DNA of 63,011 nt, filler included, from Globobulimina sp. (taxonomy: Eukaryota): the NCBI GenBank assembly GCA_003354225.1. It is 42 parts of 42 records of this genome, joined end to end, with 100 filler letters (N's around TTAATTAATTAA, not from the genome) between each part and the next. Parts side by side here need not be neighbours in the genome. Positions count along the whole stretch, not along the records: positions 61,610 to 63,011 come from PIVH01017271.1; 41 more parts are not named here. The stretch is one strand, 5' to 3'. Under the pieces are notes generated by a model that saw only the letters and a program-made list of their open reading frames with translations, was not told the origin of the DNA and did not search any database. Of the stretch, positions 62,467-63,011 are shown in pieces. The position numbers and the translations under genes were made by a program. Position 1 is the first letter of the stretch. The number at the start of each line of letters is the position of its first letter.

Positions 62467-62991
62467 ATGAGTAATATCAGACGAAGACAACGAAAAAGGG
62501 AAATGGCAGATTCAACCGAATCTGGAGAAGAAATGATAAGAAGAAAATTAAACTTATTACATGGAAATAATGCAATAATTTGGGCAAGATGGCAACAACA
62601 AATAAAATTCCTGGGATTCATTGTATTCTTTTACGCTGCTTATCATTCCTATTATGATTTAACGTATCATTATGAAAATAATACACATTTATCGTTTTGG
62701 GATAATATATTGGATTGTTTATGGCAAATATCAGTGCATATTATTACTGGTATTAATGCATTATTGATACGCCAATATATTACAGCGTATCCATCACCAA
62801 AATCGAAAAATTGGTTATTTTATGTATGGCCAATCTCGATTATTGAATGTTTATTTATAAAACATTCATTTCCAATGGGCACGTTTTATTTACTCATTTG
62901 TTTAGGAATGGTTTATTTTATTGATTCGCAACAAAAAGTATTTAAATCAACACGAAATGACATAAATAAACTCGCAAGTAAGCACTCATAA
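62467..62991 (+). CDS. Hypothetical multi-pass membrane protein
   Basis: Complete 174-aa ORF with hydrophobic helices. Confidence 0.6.
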   Translation: MSNIRRRQRKREMADSTESGEEMIRRKLNLLHGNNAIIWARWQQQIKFLGFIVFFYAAYHSYYDLTYHYENNTHLSFWDNILDCLWQISVHIITGINALLIRQYITAYPSPKSKNWLFYVWPISIIECLFIKHSFPMGTFYLLICLGMVYFIDSQQKVFKSTRNDINKLASKHS

Positions 62992-63011
62992 ATTATTTTT
63001 ATTTATTATAA

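Overview
This window is not one locus. It is 42 unrelated contigs of about 1.40 kb (1404 to 1402 bp, in descending length order) joined by artificial 100-bp spacers (N44-TTAATTAATTAA-N44), so nothing can be inferred across a spacer. Most contigs are AT-rich, gene-dense eukaryotic DNA with short GT-AG introns and the standard code. The gene families (RCC1 repeats, DUF4419, copine, class C GPCR, FG-GAP/Cys-rich proteins, ART-like proteins, a recurrent 'LLFGYI...IPDDVIQLC' N-terminus) suggest a protist, most plausibly a foraminiferan (Reticulomyxa-like). That assignment is inference. Mixed in are bacterial pieces (a complete IS3 element, a gabT fragment, a small T1SS-cluster-type gene) and possibly invertebrate-type mobile DNA (Harbinger, a Polinton-like zinc-finger gene, a USP-like protease ORF), plus a LINE reverse transcriptase. 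Best leads: (1) a tRNA-like gene with a 121-nt structured anticodon-loop intron; (2) a head-to-head pair of bacterial-type membrane genes (lactate permease and DUF6790-like) in eukaryote-like DNA; (3) two within-contig bacterium/eukaryote junctions; (4) a SAM-ubiquitin-unknown domain fusion; (5) a His-variant ADP-ribosyltransferase-like protein; (6) a GTPase fused to His repeats, a membrane segment and WxCC repeats; (7) recurrent divergent gene pairs with only 50-120 bp between start codons. No multi-gene novel system can be demonstrated from fragments this short. All family calls come from motif recognition by eye, not database searches.
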